DNA from: a virus
Lineage: Duplodnaviria; Caudoviricetes
DNA: 64,000 nucleotides
Reading direction: 5' to 3' (one strand)
IMG/VR virus record: IMGVR_UViG_3300024346_000005
Shown here in pieces: positions 1 to 6,615 of the stretch. Positions within the stretch are counted from its first letter, which is position 1, and every line of letters begins with the position of its first letter. Position numbers and translations under genes: made by a program. Under the pieces are notes generated by a model. The model saw only the letters and a list, made by a program, of their open reading frames with translations, had not been told where the DNA came from and did no database searches.

Positions 1-21
1 GAAAAACTCAAAAGAAGAATT

Positions 22-204
22 GTGAGGGATGTTGATAGTGCAATTGATGAGTATTGGAGAAAAACTGGAGAAAAACCCGTAGAGATTCCTGCTCCAATAT
101 TTTCAGAGAAACCTGTAGATGAATCTGTGTGTTATACTGAAGAATGTAAATCACTCGGTGGAGAAATGCGTTTATGTGCTCCTTGGGTGTCTGGATGTAA
201 CTAA
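22..204 (+). CDS. hypothetical phage protein; the frame is open to the window edge so the true start may lie upstream
   Basis: ORF track, 60 aa; same strand as all neighbours. Confidence 0.45.
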   Translation: MRDVDSAIDEYWRKTGEKPVEIPAPIFSEKPVDESVCYTEECKSLGGEMRLCAPWVSGCN

Positions 205-246
205 AAGTCGTATATATAAACATATCTTATTTTTATAGAGATTATT

Positions 247-435
247 ATGTCTGTATCACAAGAACTACTGACTGCTATTGAAGCGTGGAAAGTAGAAGAC
301 GAAAAGTTCACTGCTGGTAATAGTGCCGCTGGTACTCGTGCCCGTAAGGCACTTCAGGAAGTTGCCAAACTGGTCAAGACCCGTAGAGGCGAGATTACCG
401 AAGAGAAGAACGCCCGTAAGGAAGCAAAGGGTTGA
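247..435 (+). CDS. small basic protein resembling histone H1-like Hc1 family nucleoid proteins
   Basis: Segment EKFTAGNSAAGTRARKALQEVAKLVKTRR is Lys/Arg rich and resembles the AAGTRARKA motif of short bacterial Hc1-like proteins. Confidence 0.55.
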   Translation: MSVSQELLTAIEAWKVEDEKFTAGNSAAGTRARKALQEVAKLVKTRRGEITEEKNARKEAKG

Positions 436-460
436 CTTTAGTGCCCTGATGCCTTATAGT
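432..460 (+). promoter_or_regulatory. sigma70-type early promoter
   Basis: TTGACT (432-437), 17 nt, TATAGT (455-460), directly upstream of the tRNA cluster. Confidence 0.7.
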
Positions 461-461
461 A

Positions 462-541
462 GTTTGACGGGTGGAGGAGGTCCAAACTTCTTATAAATCC
501 CACACCTCCCAAGCCTCTCAACGATGCTCAAACAGGGAGGT
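462..541 (+). ncRNA. candidate structured (possibly pseudoknotted) RNA ahead of tRNA-Arg
   Basis: ACCTCCC/GGGAGGT 7-bp helix enclosing an AGC/GCT stem; GTTTGA (462-467) complements TCAAAC (528-533); AGGAG/CTTCT hairpin; no credible ORF. Confidence 0.45.
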
Positions 542-549
542 CCCTTTAT

Positions 550-622
550 GTCCCGTTAGCTCAGGAGACAGAGCAATTCTCTTCTAAAGAATCGGTCGTG
601 GGTGCGAATCCTACACGGGACG
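550..622 (+). tRNA. tRNA-Arg(TCT)
   Basis: Acceptor GTCCCGT/ACGGGAC, anticodon arm ATTCT-CTTCTAA-AGAAT, T loop TGCGAAT; CCA not encoded. Confidence 0.9.
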
Positions 623-623
623 C

Positions 624-703
624 TTGCTACTTTGCACTGGAAAGATAAACCAGAATGCCGGTAGCAAACGAGGGTAAGTCCCTGTTATATCCTTATGAGA
701 TAT
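624..703 (+). ncRNA. candidate structured RNA in the Arg-Asn spacer
   Basis: TTGCTAC/GTAGCAA helix with nested GCA/TGC and CTGG/CCAG stems, then AGGG/CCCT and ATATC/GATAT hairpins. Confidence 0.4.
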
Positions 704-722
704 ATCACACTTGCCCCATCAT

Positions 723-795
723 TCCCCGATAGCTCAATTGGTAGAGCAAAGTGCTGTTAACACTGAGGTTGTTGGATCGTGCCCAACTCGGGGAG
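723..795 (+). tRNA. tRNA-Asn(GTT)
   Basis: Acceptor TCCCCGA/TCGGGGA, anticodon loop CTGTTAA, atypical T loop ATCGTGC. Confidence 0.85.
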
Positions 796-957
796 TTGGA
801 AGGTCTGGAAATGTCTGGGTCTTCCAAAACAAAAACGCTAAACAAACTTCGGGAGGAAACTCCCAACCGATTTGGAAATTACCTGAAAAACAGGAAGAAT
901 AAGGTTTGGTGTTTTTTGCAGAAAGTGTCTTCTGCGGGTGTCGGACACTCGATACCC
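796..957 (+). ncRNA. candidate multi-helix ncRNA with complementary (kissing) loops, filling the Asn-Thr spacer
   Basis: Helices 796-802/821-827 and 831-843/904-916 (13 bp), GGGAG-GAAA-CTCCC, CCTG/CAGG; adjacent hairpins with loops AGTGTC (924-929) and GACACT (944-949) that are exact reverse complements. Confidence 0.6.
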
Positions 958-961
958 ATCC

Positions 962-1033
962 GCCCTTGTAGCTCAGTGGTAGAGCAACGGTTTTGTAAAC
1001 CGTTGGTCGTCCGTTCAAATCGGATCAGGGGCT
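962..1033 (+). tRNA. tRNA-Thr(TGT)
   Basis: Acceptor GCCCTTG/CAGGGGC, anticodon arm ACGGT-TTTGTAA-ACCGT, T loop TTCAAAT. Confidence 0.92.
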
Positions 1034-1061
1034 TGACATAATATTCGTTATGTCTTATAAT
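1033..1061 (+). promoter_or_regulatory. consensus sigma70 early promoter
   Basis: TTGACA (1033-1038), 17 nt, TATAAT (1056-1061). Confidence 0.8.
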
Positions 1062-1102
1062 TCATGAGTCCGTGTGGAGGAGCATACTTCCCTAAATAGG
1101 AA

Positions 1103-1585
1103 GTGTATGTGCTAAGTAAAATGAGAACTAAAACTGAATTATTAAATGCAGTTGAAGCATCTCAATCAATGGCTGAGGTCGTAAGGAGATTGGGTCTTAA
1201 TAAAAGTAGCACTACTTATGCTACTTTAAAAAAAGATTTTGCACATCACAATATACAACCTCAATTTAAAAAAAGAAGTAGGAACACTATTCCTTATACT
1301 TTTGAGGAAATGTTTTGTGAAAATTCTACTTGCGATAGATCAACTCTTAGGAATAGAATTATTAAAGAAGAAATTTTCAAATATAAATGTTCCGAATGTG
1401 GTATAATTGATTGGAATGGACAAAAACTTTCTCTTCAATTAGACCATATAAACGGAGTTTCTAATGATAATAGGATGGAAAATCTAAGATTTCTTTGTCC
1501 CAATTGTCATTCTCAAACAAAAACTTGGGGGAATAAAAATAATTTCCCCGCCGAGAGTGATGCCAAAAGTAAGGCACCCCGATAA
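1103..1585 (+). CDS. HNH endonuclease, free-standing, inside the tRNA cluster (start may be GTG 1109 or ATG 1121)
   Basis: CSEC...LQLDHINGVSNDNRMENLRFLCPNCHSQT is an HNH/Zn-finger signature; N-terminal HTH-like segment (SMAEVVRRLGL). Confidence 0.9.
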   Translation: MYVLSKMRTKTELLNAVEASQSMAEVVRRLGLNKSSTTYATLKKDFAHHNIQPQFKKRSRNTIPYTFEEMFCENSTCDRSTLRNRIIKEEIFKYKCSECGIIDWNGQKLSLQLDHINGVSNDNRMENLRFLCPNCHSQTKTWGNKNNFPAESDAKSKAPR

Positions 1586-1622
1586 GGGATACGGTAGAAG
1601 GATGCGAAACCTTCCACTCTCA
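1553..1622 (+). ncRNA. tRNA-like element with a truncated anticodon arm
   Basis: Acceptor-like GAGAGTG/CACTCTC+A, D-like GCC/GGC arm, T-like GAAGG-ATGCGAAA-CCTTC, but only a 3-bp CCC/GGG stem with a 5-6 nt loop where the anticodon arm should be. Confidence 0.5.
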
Positions 1623-1627
1623 ACATT

Positions 1628-1698
1628 GCGGATATGGTGTAGTGGCAACACAAGAGTTTTCCAAACTTTTATCCTCGGTTCAAATCCGTGTATCCGCT
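1628..1698 (+). tRNA. tRNA-Gly(TCC)
   Basis: Acceptor GCGGATA/TATCCGC, anticodon loop TTTCCAA, T loop TTCAAAT. Confidence 0.9.
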
Positions 1699-1757
1699 TC
1701 CCCTAAAATATCAGGGGAGCTAAATAAACTTCGTAGTTGTAAATCTTAACGAACTAT

Positions 1758-3239
1758 ATGAAATTTTTCAAACAAATGATGCTTGTGCCTGTTGCACTGA
1801 GTCTTGTTGCTCCTGCTGTGAATGCCGCAGAACTCAATACTGAGGATGTCAACAAGTATGCTTCGGCACAACAAGTCACTAGCATTACACAATTTACTGA
1901 TGTCCAACCTACTGATTGGGCATATCAGGCACTTAGCAATCTTGTAGAGCGTTATGGTTGCGTAGCAGGTTATCCTAACGGCACATACAAAGGTGGTCAG
2001 GCAATGACCCGTTTTGAGGCAGCAGCACTGCTGAATGCCTGCCTTGATCGTGTAACTGAAACCACAGATGAACTCAAAAAACTTCTTGCTGAATTTGATA
2101 CAGAACTAACTGTACTCACTTCTCGTGTAGATGGTCTTGAGAACAAAGTTGGACAACTGCAGGCAACTCAGTTTTCAACCACTACCAAACTCAAAGGTGA
2201 AGTAAACTTTATTCTTGGCGGTGTTCCTGGTCTTGAAACTAACAAACGTGTTGATGTAGGTAATACTGCATTCAACTATGATGTTCGTCTGAACTTTGAT
2301 ACCTCTTTCACTGGTAAGGACTTGCTCCGTACTCGTCTGCGTTCTGGTAACTTCAGTAGCGATCCTTTTGGTTCCAGTTCTTCACTCTTCAAACTTGATA
2401 AGGCAGAATCTTATGCCGACCAAGTTGTGATTGACCGTCTGTACTATCAGTTCCCAGTTGGTAAGAGTGTAACTCTAACTGCTGGTCCTCTGGTTCGTAA
2501 CACTGAGATGGCATGGGTTCCTTCTGCTTATAAGTCGGAAATCCTTGACTTCTTTCAACTTGGTGGTGCCTCTGGTGTCTATAACAAGGCAACTGGTGCT
2601 GGTTTTGGTGCTCAATGGAAGCAACAAGTTCCAAAAGGTCAGGGAGGTTTCCTTGCTGGTCTGAACTATGTCTCTCAAGATGGTGATAACACTGAAACTG
2701 GTGTCTTCAATTCAGATAGTGGATTGAACTTTATGACACAAGTTGGTTATCGTGCTCCTCAGTGGGGTGCTGCCGTTGCTTACCGTTATGGTACTGAAGG
2801 CAGTCGTGTCCGTACCTTCAACGCCCTTGGAGGCGGGTCTGGTGCCCTTGCCGCAGGTCAGGAAAGCAATAGCGTTGCTGTGAATGCTTACTGGCAACCT
2901 TCTCAGAGTGGATTCGTTCCTTCTATCTCAGTTGGTTATGGATATAATGATGTAGATGGTAAAGGTTCTAAAACTGGTGCCACCGATTCTGATTCCTGGT
3001 TCGTTGGACTTCAGTGGTCTGATGTGTTTGCCAAAGGTAATACTGCTGGTGTTGCTATTGGTCAACCCGGTAATTCTGACTTCGTTGGTGAAGATGCCGC
3101 GATGCTTGAAGTCTTCTATAAGTATCAAGTTTCGGACAACATCAGCATCACTCCTGCTATCTTCTATGTGAGCAATAATGCCCGTTATCAAGGAGAATCT
3201 TCTTGGGGTGGTGTGGTTCAGACCAAGTTCACATTCTGA
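1758..3239 (+). CDS. cyanobacterial Som-type outer-membrane porin (SLH domain plus OprB-like barrel)
   Basis: Signal peptide, SLH motif FTDVQPTDWAYQALSNLVERYGCVAGYP...TRFEAAALLNACL, coiled coil, QFSTTTKLKGE, C-terminal Phe (TKFTF). Confidence 0.92.
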   Translation: MKFFKQMMLVPVALSLVAPAVNAAELNTEDVNKYASAQQVTSITQFTDVQPTDWAYQALSNLVERYGCVAGYPNGTYKGGQAMTRFEAAALLNACLDRVTETTDELKKLLAEFDTELTVLTSRVDGLENKVGQLQATQFSTTTKLKGEVNFILGGVPGLETNKRVDVGNTAFNYDVRLNFDTSFTGKDLLRTRLRSGNFSSDPFGSSSSLFKLDKAESYADQVVIDRLYYQFPVGKSVTLTAGPLVRNTEMAWVPSAYKSEILDFFQLGGASGVYNKATGAGFGAQWKQQVPKGQGGFLAGLNYVSQDGDNTETGVFNSDSGLNFMTQVGYRAPQWGAAVAYRYGTEGSRVRTFNALGGGSGALAAGQESNSVAVNAYWQPSQSGFVPSISVGYGYNDVDGKGSKTGATDSDSWFVGLQWSDVFAKGNTAGVAIGQPGNSDFVGEDAAMLEVFYKYQVSDNISITPAIFYVSNNARYQGESSWGGVVQTKFTF

Positions 3240-3262
3240 TAAATCACTTATAACTTGAGTGT

Positions 3263-3289
3263 AAGCACCCATTCTTTGGGTGCTTTTTT
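3263..3289 (+). terminator. intrinsic terminator after the porin gene
   Basis: AAGCACCC-ATTCTTT-GGGTGCTT followed by a T run. Confidence 0.85.
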
Positions 3290-3291
3290 AT

Positions 3292-3321
3292 GTTATGAAC
3301 TTCTTAACCAAATCTTAGTTG
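3292..3321 (+). promoter_or_regulatory. putative cyanobacterial Pho box upstream of pstS
   Basis: CTTAACCA (3303) and CTTAGTTG (3314) at 11-bp spacing, weaker GTTATGAA at 3292; fits the YTTAAYYW-N3 repeat consensus. Confidence 0.6.
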
Positions 3322-3370
3322 ATTTTATCTTCCCTTTACCTTAGAATTACTCTGTAGTTATTCACTTTTT

Positions 3371-4336
3371 ATGAAACTCAAAAATATTATTGTTGCCGGT
3401 CTTGCTTTTGCTCCTACTGTCGCACTTGCCGGAGTTGACCGTCTTGCTGTTGCTGGTGCTACTTTCCCAGCAACTATTTACCAACGATGGTTTTCCACTC
3501 TTGCCAAATCTGGTGGTCCTAAAGTAAACTATCAGGCAGTTGGTTCTGGTGCTGGTCGTAAGGCATTTATTGACCAAACAGTAACCTTCGCAGCAACTGA
3601 TGACCCCATCTCTGATAAGGACAGAGCAAAGGTTTCTCGTGGTGTAGTTCAAATTCCGATTGTTGGTGGAACTATTGCTCTTGCCTATAACAATCCTTCT
3701 TGTAAACTGAAACTGACTCAGAAACAAGTAGTATCAGTCTTTATGGGTTCTATTGATAACTGGAAGGAACTTGGATGTCCTGGTGGTAAGATTTATGTTT
3801 CACACCGTTCCGATGGTTCTGGAACCACTGCTGCCTTTACAGAGTCACTTCAGTCCTTCTCCAAGGAATGGACTCTTGGTGTCGGTAAATCTGTAAATTG
3901 GAAAGTTGGTGTTGGTGGTAAAGGTAATGAAGGTGTTGCTGGTGTTCTCCAAACTACTCCCGGTTCAATTGGTTATCTCAACCAATCCTTTGTGAAAGGT
4001 AATCTGAAAGCAGCAGCAGTTCAGAATAAGTCTGGTGAGTTTGTTCTCCCCAGTTATGTTTCTGGTTCCAAGGCACTGAATGGTATTCAGTTAGATAAAA
4101 ATCTTGCTGGACAAAATCCCAATCCTTCTGCCAGCGGTGCTTATCCTATTGCCACTTTGACTTATGTTCTTGCCTATAAGACTGGTAATGGTCCTAAAGC
4201 AGCATCTATCAGAGAAGCAATTAATTATATGTTGAGTGATAAGGCACAGGCACTTGCTGATGACCTTGGATATGTTCCTCTCAAGGACGCAATCCAATCA
4301 CGAGCACAATCTGCCGTGAAACTTATTGGTGAATGA
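3371..4336 (+). CDS. pstS: phosphate ABC transporter substrate-binding protein
   Basis: AGATFPATIYQRW, VNYQAVGSGAG, HRSDGSGTT, GKGNEGV, YPIATLTYVL motifs. Confidence 0.95.
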   Translation: MKLKNIIVAGLAFAPTVALAGVDRLAVAGATFPATIYQRWFSTLAKSGGPKVNYQAVGSGAGRKAFIDQTVTFAATDDPISDKDRAKVSRGVVQIPIVGGTIALAYNNPSCKLKLTQKQVVSVFMGSIDNWKELGCPGGKIYVSHRSDGSGTTAAFTESLQSFSKEWTLGVGKSVNWKVGVGGKGNEGVAGVLQTTPGSIGYLNQSFVKGNLKAAAVQNKSGEFVLPSYVSGSKALNGIQLDKNLAGQNPNPSASGAYPIATLTYVLAYKTGNGPKAASIREAINYMLSDKAQALADDLGYVPLKDAIQSRAQSAVKLIGE

Positions 4337-4340
4337 TATT

Positions 4341-4377
4341 GAAGGGAGTTGACAACGACTCCCTTCTTTAGTATAAT
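4341..4377 (+). terminator. intrinsic terminator fused with a consensus early promoter
   Basis: Hairpin GAAGGGAGTTG/CGACTCCCTTC contains TTGACA (4349-4354); TATAAT lies 17 nt downstream (4372-4377). Confidence 0.8.
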
Positions 4378-4398
4378 CAAAATAGCATTCGGAGGATT

Positions 4399-4593
4399 AT
4401 GTCTCTTATTTCCCAGCGTGATAGAAAACTTGCTATCGAAGCATTAGAACACTATAAAACTACAATTCCATTAATCATTAACTTTGGAGAACTTCCTTCT
4501 GATATCGCCATTAAACAAGATGAACAAAAGATGATGGAAGTAAATGCTCTTATAAATTGGATTAAGTTAGAACACTATAAGAATGAAAATTAA
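4399..4593 (+). CDS. hypothetical phage protein
   Basis: ORF track; GGAGG RBS upstream. Confidence 0.75.
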   Translation: MSLISQRDRKLAIEALEHYKTTIPLIINFGELPSDIAIKQDEQKMMEVNALINWIKLEHYKNEN

Positions 4594-4747
4594 TCTGTGG
4601 TTCTGCTCCGAAATGAATCAGTGGAGGTGGACTCTCTGTGATAGTTCTCGTCCAATTCGTAAACAAGAATCTGGTCAAAGAGAAAATCTCCGTGATGCTA
4701 TGAATGATATAGCAACTACGGTAGAATATATGATGAATCAGTCTTGA
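4583..4747 (+). CDS. small hypothetical protein (54 aa, MKINLWFCSEMNQWRW...)
   Basis: Manually translated; overlaps the upstream stop and ends just before tRNA-Val. Confidence 0.6.
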   Translation: MKINLWFCSEMNQWRWTLCDSSRPIRKQESGQRENLRDAMNDIATTVEYMMNQS

Positions 4748-4753
4748 CTTTAC

Positions 4754-4825
4754 GGGCGATTAGCGTAGAGGTAGCGCGGATCCTTTACACGGATTAGGTC
4801 ACTGGTTCGATCCCAGTATCGCCCA
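4754..4825 (+). tRNA. tRNA-Val(TAC)
   Basis: Acceptor GGGCGAT/ATCGCCC, anticodon loop TTTACAC, T loop TTCGATC. Confidence 0.9.
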
Positions 4826-4826
4826 T

Positions 4827-4834
4827 TATAAATA
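4827..4834 (+). promoter_or_regulatory. T4-type late promoter before dps
   Basis: Exact TATAAATA. Confidence 0.6.
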
Positions 4835-4853
4835 CCTAAAAAGTATTGGTGTA

Positions 4854-5288
4854 ATGGAAAAACTTTATAAATTATTAAGTGATACTCAGGCATCACTTTT
4901 TTTGCTATTCCAAAAAACTTGGGTATATCACTGGCATATTGTAGGACCTGACTTTAAACAGATTCACGATTTGTTTGGGGACCAATACGCAGAAATTCAA
5001 GAAGAAGTTGATCGTATCTCAGAACATATGAGATTTTTGACTATTAAACCTATCAGCTCTTTATCTAGAGTTCTGGAAGTATCTGGTGTTGAGGAAGCAA
5101 AAACTAATATTTCTGAAATGGAAATGATTAAAGATTTACTTGAGGGACACAAAAAGATTATAGATATGTTAGGTGAAGTTGCTGAAGAAGCAGAAGCACA
5201 AAAGTCAAGAGGAACTGTCAATCTTGTTGATGATTTAAACGAAGCACACGGCAAGTTCGTTTGGATGCTTCGTTCATTTACTGAATAA
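4854..5288 (+). CDS. dps: Dps/ferritin-like DNA-protection protein
   Basis: KTWVYHWHIVGPDFKQIHDLFGDQY...EVDRISEHMR ferroxidase-type motif, 144 aa, ends KFVWMLRS. Confidence 0.88.
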   Translation: MEKLYKLLSDTQASLFLLFQKTWVYHWHIVGPDFKQIHDLFGDQYAEIQEEVDRISEHMRFLTIKPISSLSRVLEVSGVEEAKTNISEMEMIKDLLEGHKKIIDMLGEVAEEAEAQKSRGTVNLVDDLNEAHGKFVWMLRSFTE

Positions 5289-5300
5289 TTAATTATAAAG

Positions 5301-5561
5301 ATGGAAAACTTAAAAATTAGATGTAAGTCTTGCGGAAGTGAGATAGAAGGAAAGTCTGGAAAAACAGTTGCGTGTGGATGCCCTAATATGGCAACCATTC
5401 GCAATAATGAAAATGTTGCTGCACTTGACTTATCAAAGGTTGTTATGATAAACTATATGAGTACCAAAGAAAAGTCTACTGTTCTTACGAATGAAGACCT
5501 TGCCTTCCAAGAAGCAAGGCGTCAGCGTAAAGTAAGACGACTTGATTTTGATGTCCGTTGA
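5301..5561 (+). CDS. hypothetical protein with a CxxC...CxCxN Zn-ribbon
   Basis: CKSC...ACGCPN. Confidence 0.7.
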   Translation: MENLKIRCKSCGSEIEGKSGKTVACGCPNMATIRNNENVAALDLSKVVMINYMSTKEKSTVLTNEDLAFQEARRQRKVRRLDFDVR

Positions 5562-5572
5562 TAGTTTTTATT

Positions 5573-5654
5573 GGAAGATAGCACCGATGGTTGGTAAATC
5601 GCCTTGAAAGCGATGCCAGGTTCACGCCTGATAGTTCGATTCTATTATTTTCCT
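5573..5654 (+). tRNA. tRNA-Ser(TGA), atypical
   Basis: Acceptor GGAAGAT/ATTTTCC, anticodon arm ATCGC-CTTGAAA-GCGAT, long variable arm, T loop TTCGATT; unusual D arm and U discriminator. Confidence 0.75.
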
Positions 5655-5679
5655 TTTAATTGAAGACTATATAAAATAA

Positions 5680-5751
5680 CGGGGTGTAAGTCAGAGGTAG
5701 ACGGTTTGCTTTGGGAGCAAAAAGACACTGGTTCGATCCCAGTCACCCCGA
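5680..5751 (+). tRNA. tRNA-Pro(TGG)
   Basis: Acceptor CGGGGTG/CACCCCG, anticodon arm TTTGC-TTTGGGA-GCAAA. Confidence 0.9.
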
Positions 5752-5752
5752 T

Positions 5753-5804
5753 TGCCAGTTTCATGACTGGCACACTTGACATAAAACTCAAATCACTCTA
5801 TAAT
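5753..5804 (+). promoter_or_regulatory. early promoter with an upstream palindrome
   Basis: TGCCAGT/ACTGGCA inverted repeat (5753-5772), TTGACA (5776-5781), 17 nt, TATAAT (5799-5804). Confidence 0.8.
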
Positions 5805-5827
5805 AACAAGGTAAACAAATCAAAGCG

Positions 5828-6046
5828 ATGTCTCTGACTATCAAATTCAAGAAAGATATTAGTACTCTTCGTGCCGCAGCGAATGGTGATTTTTATCTTG
5901 ATGTAAAGAATCCGAAACTTTACAAGAAAGTCCGTAAGTTCTATCAAAATGAAGGAGTTATTTTTTCTGACGACCCTCTCGATAATTATGATATTCTAAT
6001 CGATTATATTGTCCAAGACCTTGAGACCGTTGAAGTAACAAAATGA
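5828..6046 (+). CDS. hypothetical phage protein
   Basis: ORF track; directly behind the early promoter. Confidence 0.75.
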   Translation: MSLTIKFKKDISTLRAAANGDFYLDVKNPKLYKKVRKFYQNEGVIFSDDPLDNYDILIDYIVQDLETVEVTK

Positions 6047-6174
6047 AAAATCTAATCGAAGTTAAGTACCAATACGCAAAATTTCCAAATGCTCTTTTGC
6101 GTAAGTTTTTTAAGACACAAGAACAAATTGATATTTTTAAGCAACAACACTCAGATTATATTTACATCAACTAA
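6043..6174 (+). CDS. small hypothetical protein (43 aa)
   Basis: Manually translated; ATGA overlap upstream and TAATG overlap downstream. Confidence 0.55.
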   Translation: MKNLIEVKYQYAKFPNALLRKFFKTQEQIDIFKQQHSDYIYIN

Positions 6175-6434
6175 TGATTCAATCTAAAGTTATTCTTGAA
6201 AAGGAAGAATATCGGTTTGTTGAAAGGGGTATTATTGAACTCAACGGCAAACCCGATTATCGCCTTCAGAAAAAAGACTATTATACAAAACGATGGAATG
6301 ATATCTATCTGTTTGATAATCAAATGCAATGTTTGACTGCTATGGAAGACCATCAATATGCCCGTTGGTTGGATCCTGATAGAGTTCCTTGTTATGTAAA
6401 AGATTATGATGATGAAGACACGGAGAGTCTCTAA
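6174..6434 (+). CDS. hypothetical phage protein
   Basis: ORF track; translationally coupled. Confidence 0.75.
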   Translation: MIQSKVILEKEEYRFVERGIIELNGKPDYRLQKKDYYTKRWNDIYLFDNQMQCLTAMEDHQYARWLDPDRVPCYVKDYDDEDTESL

Positions 6435-6606
6435 AAGTACTGGTCGGTGATGAACCCCCCTTTAGTCACGGAGAGACTCTAAAAGCACTGGTGGATCCAA
6501 AATGACCCCTCAATAGGTTTCCAATTTCCTTAAAAAATTGGTGGTGCGGATGGAGAATACTCCCGCCTGGTTTCTTATTTCCAGTCAAAGAATAAGTGGC
6601 GAGCCT
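6417..6606 (+). ncRNA. manA-like structured RNA motif of cyanophages (identified from memory of the motif)
   Basis: 26-nt direct repeat (6419-6444 / 6467-6492), CCAATTT/AAATTGG hairpin, GTGGTGCGGATGG...TCCCGCCTGG, loop CTTATT able to pair with downstream AATAAG (pseudoknot), ends GGCGAGCC. Confidence 0.6.
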
Positions 6607-6615
6607 AAAGACCCC

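Noticed and set aside
462-541. HDV-like (theta) ribozyme next to tRNAs
   Set aside because: The helix order resembles P1-P2-P3, but there is no P4, P1.1 or J4/2 strand with a catalytic C, and it lies 5' of the tRNA.
711-1041. ORFs 711-902, 734-1018 and 751-1041
   Set aside because: They overlap tRNA-Asn, tRNA-Thr and the structured spacer, and have no protein-like features.
1732-1752. Pho box upstream of the porin
   Set aside because: One good half-site (CTTAACGA at 1745) but no partner at 11-bp spacing.
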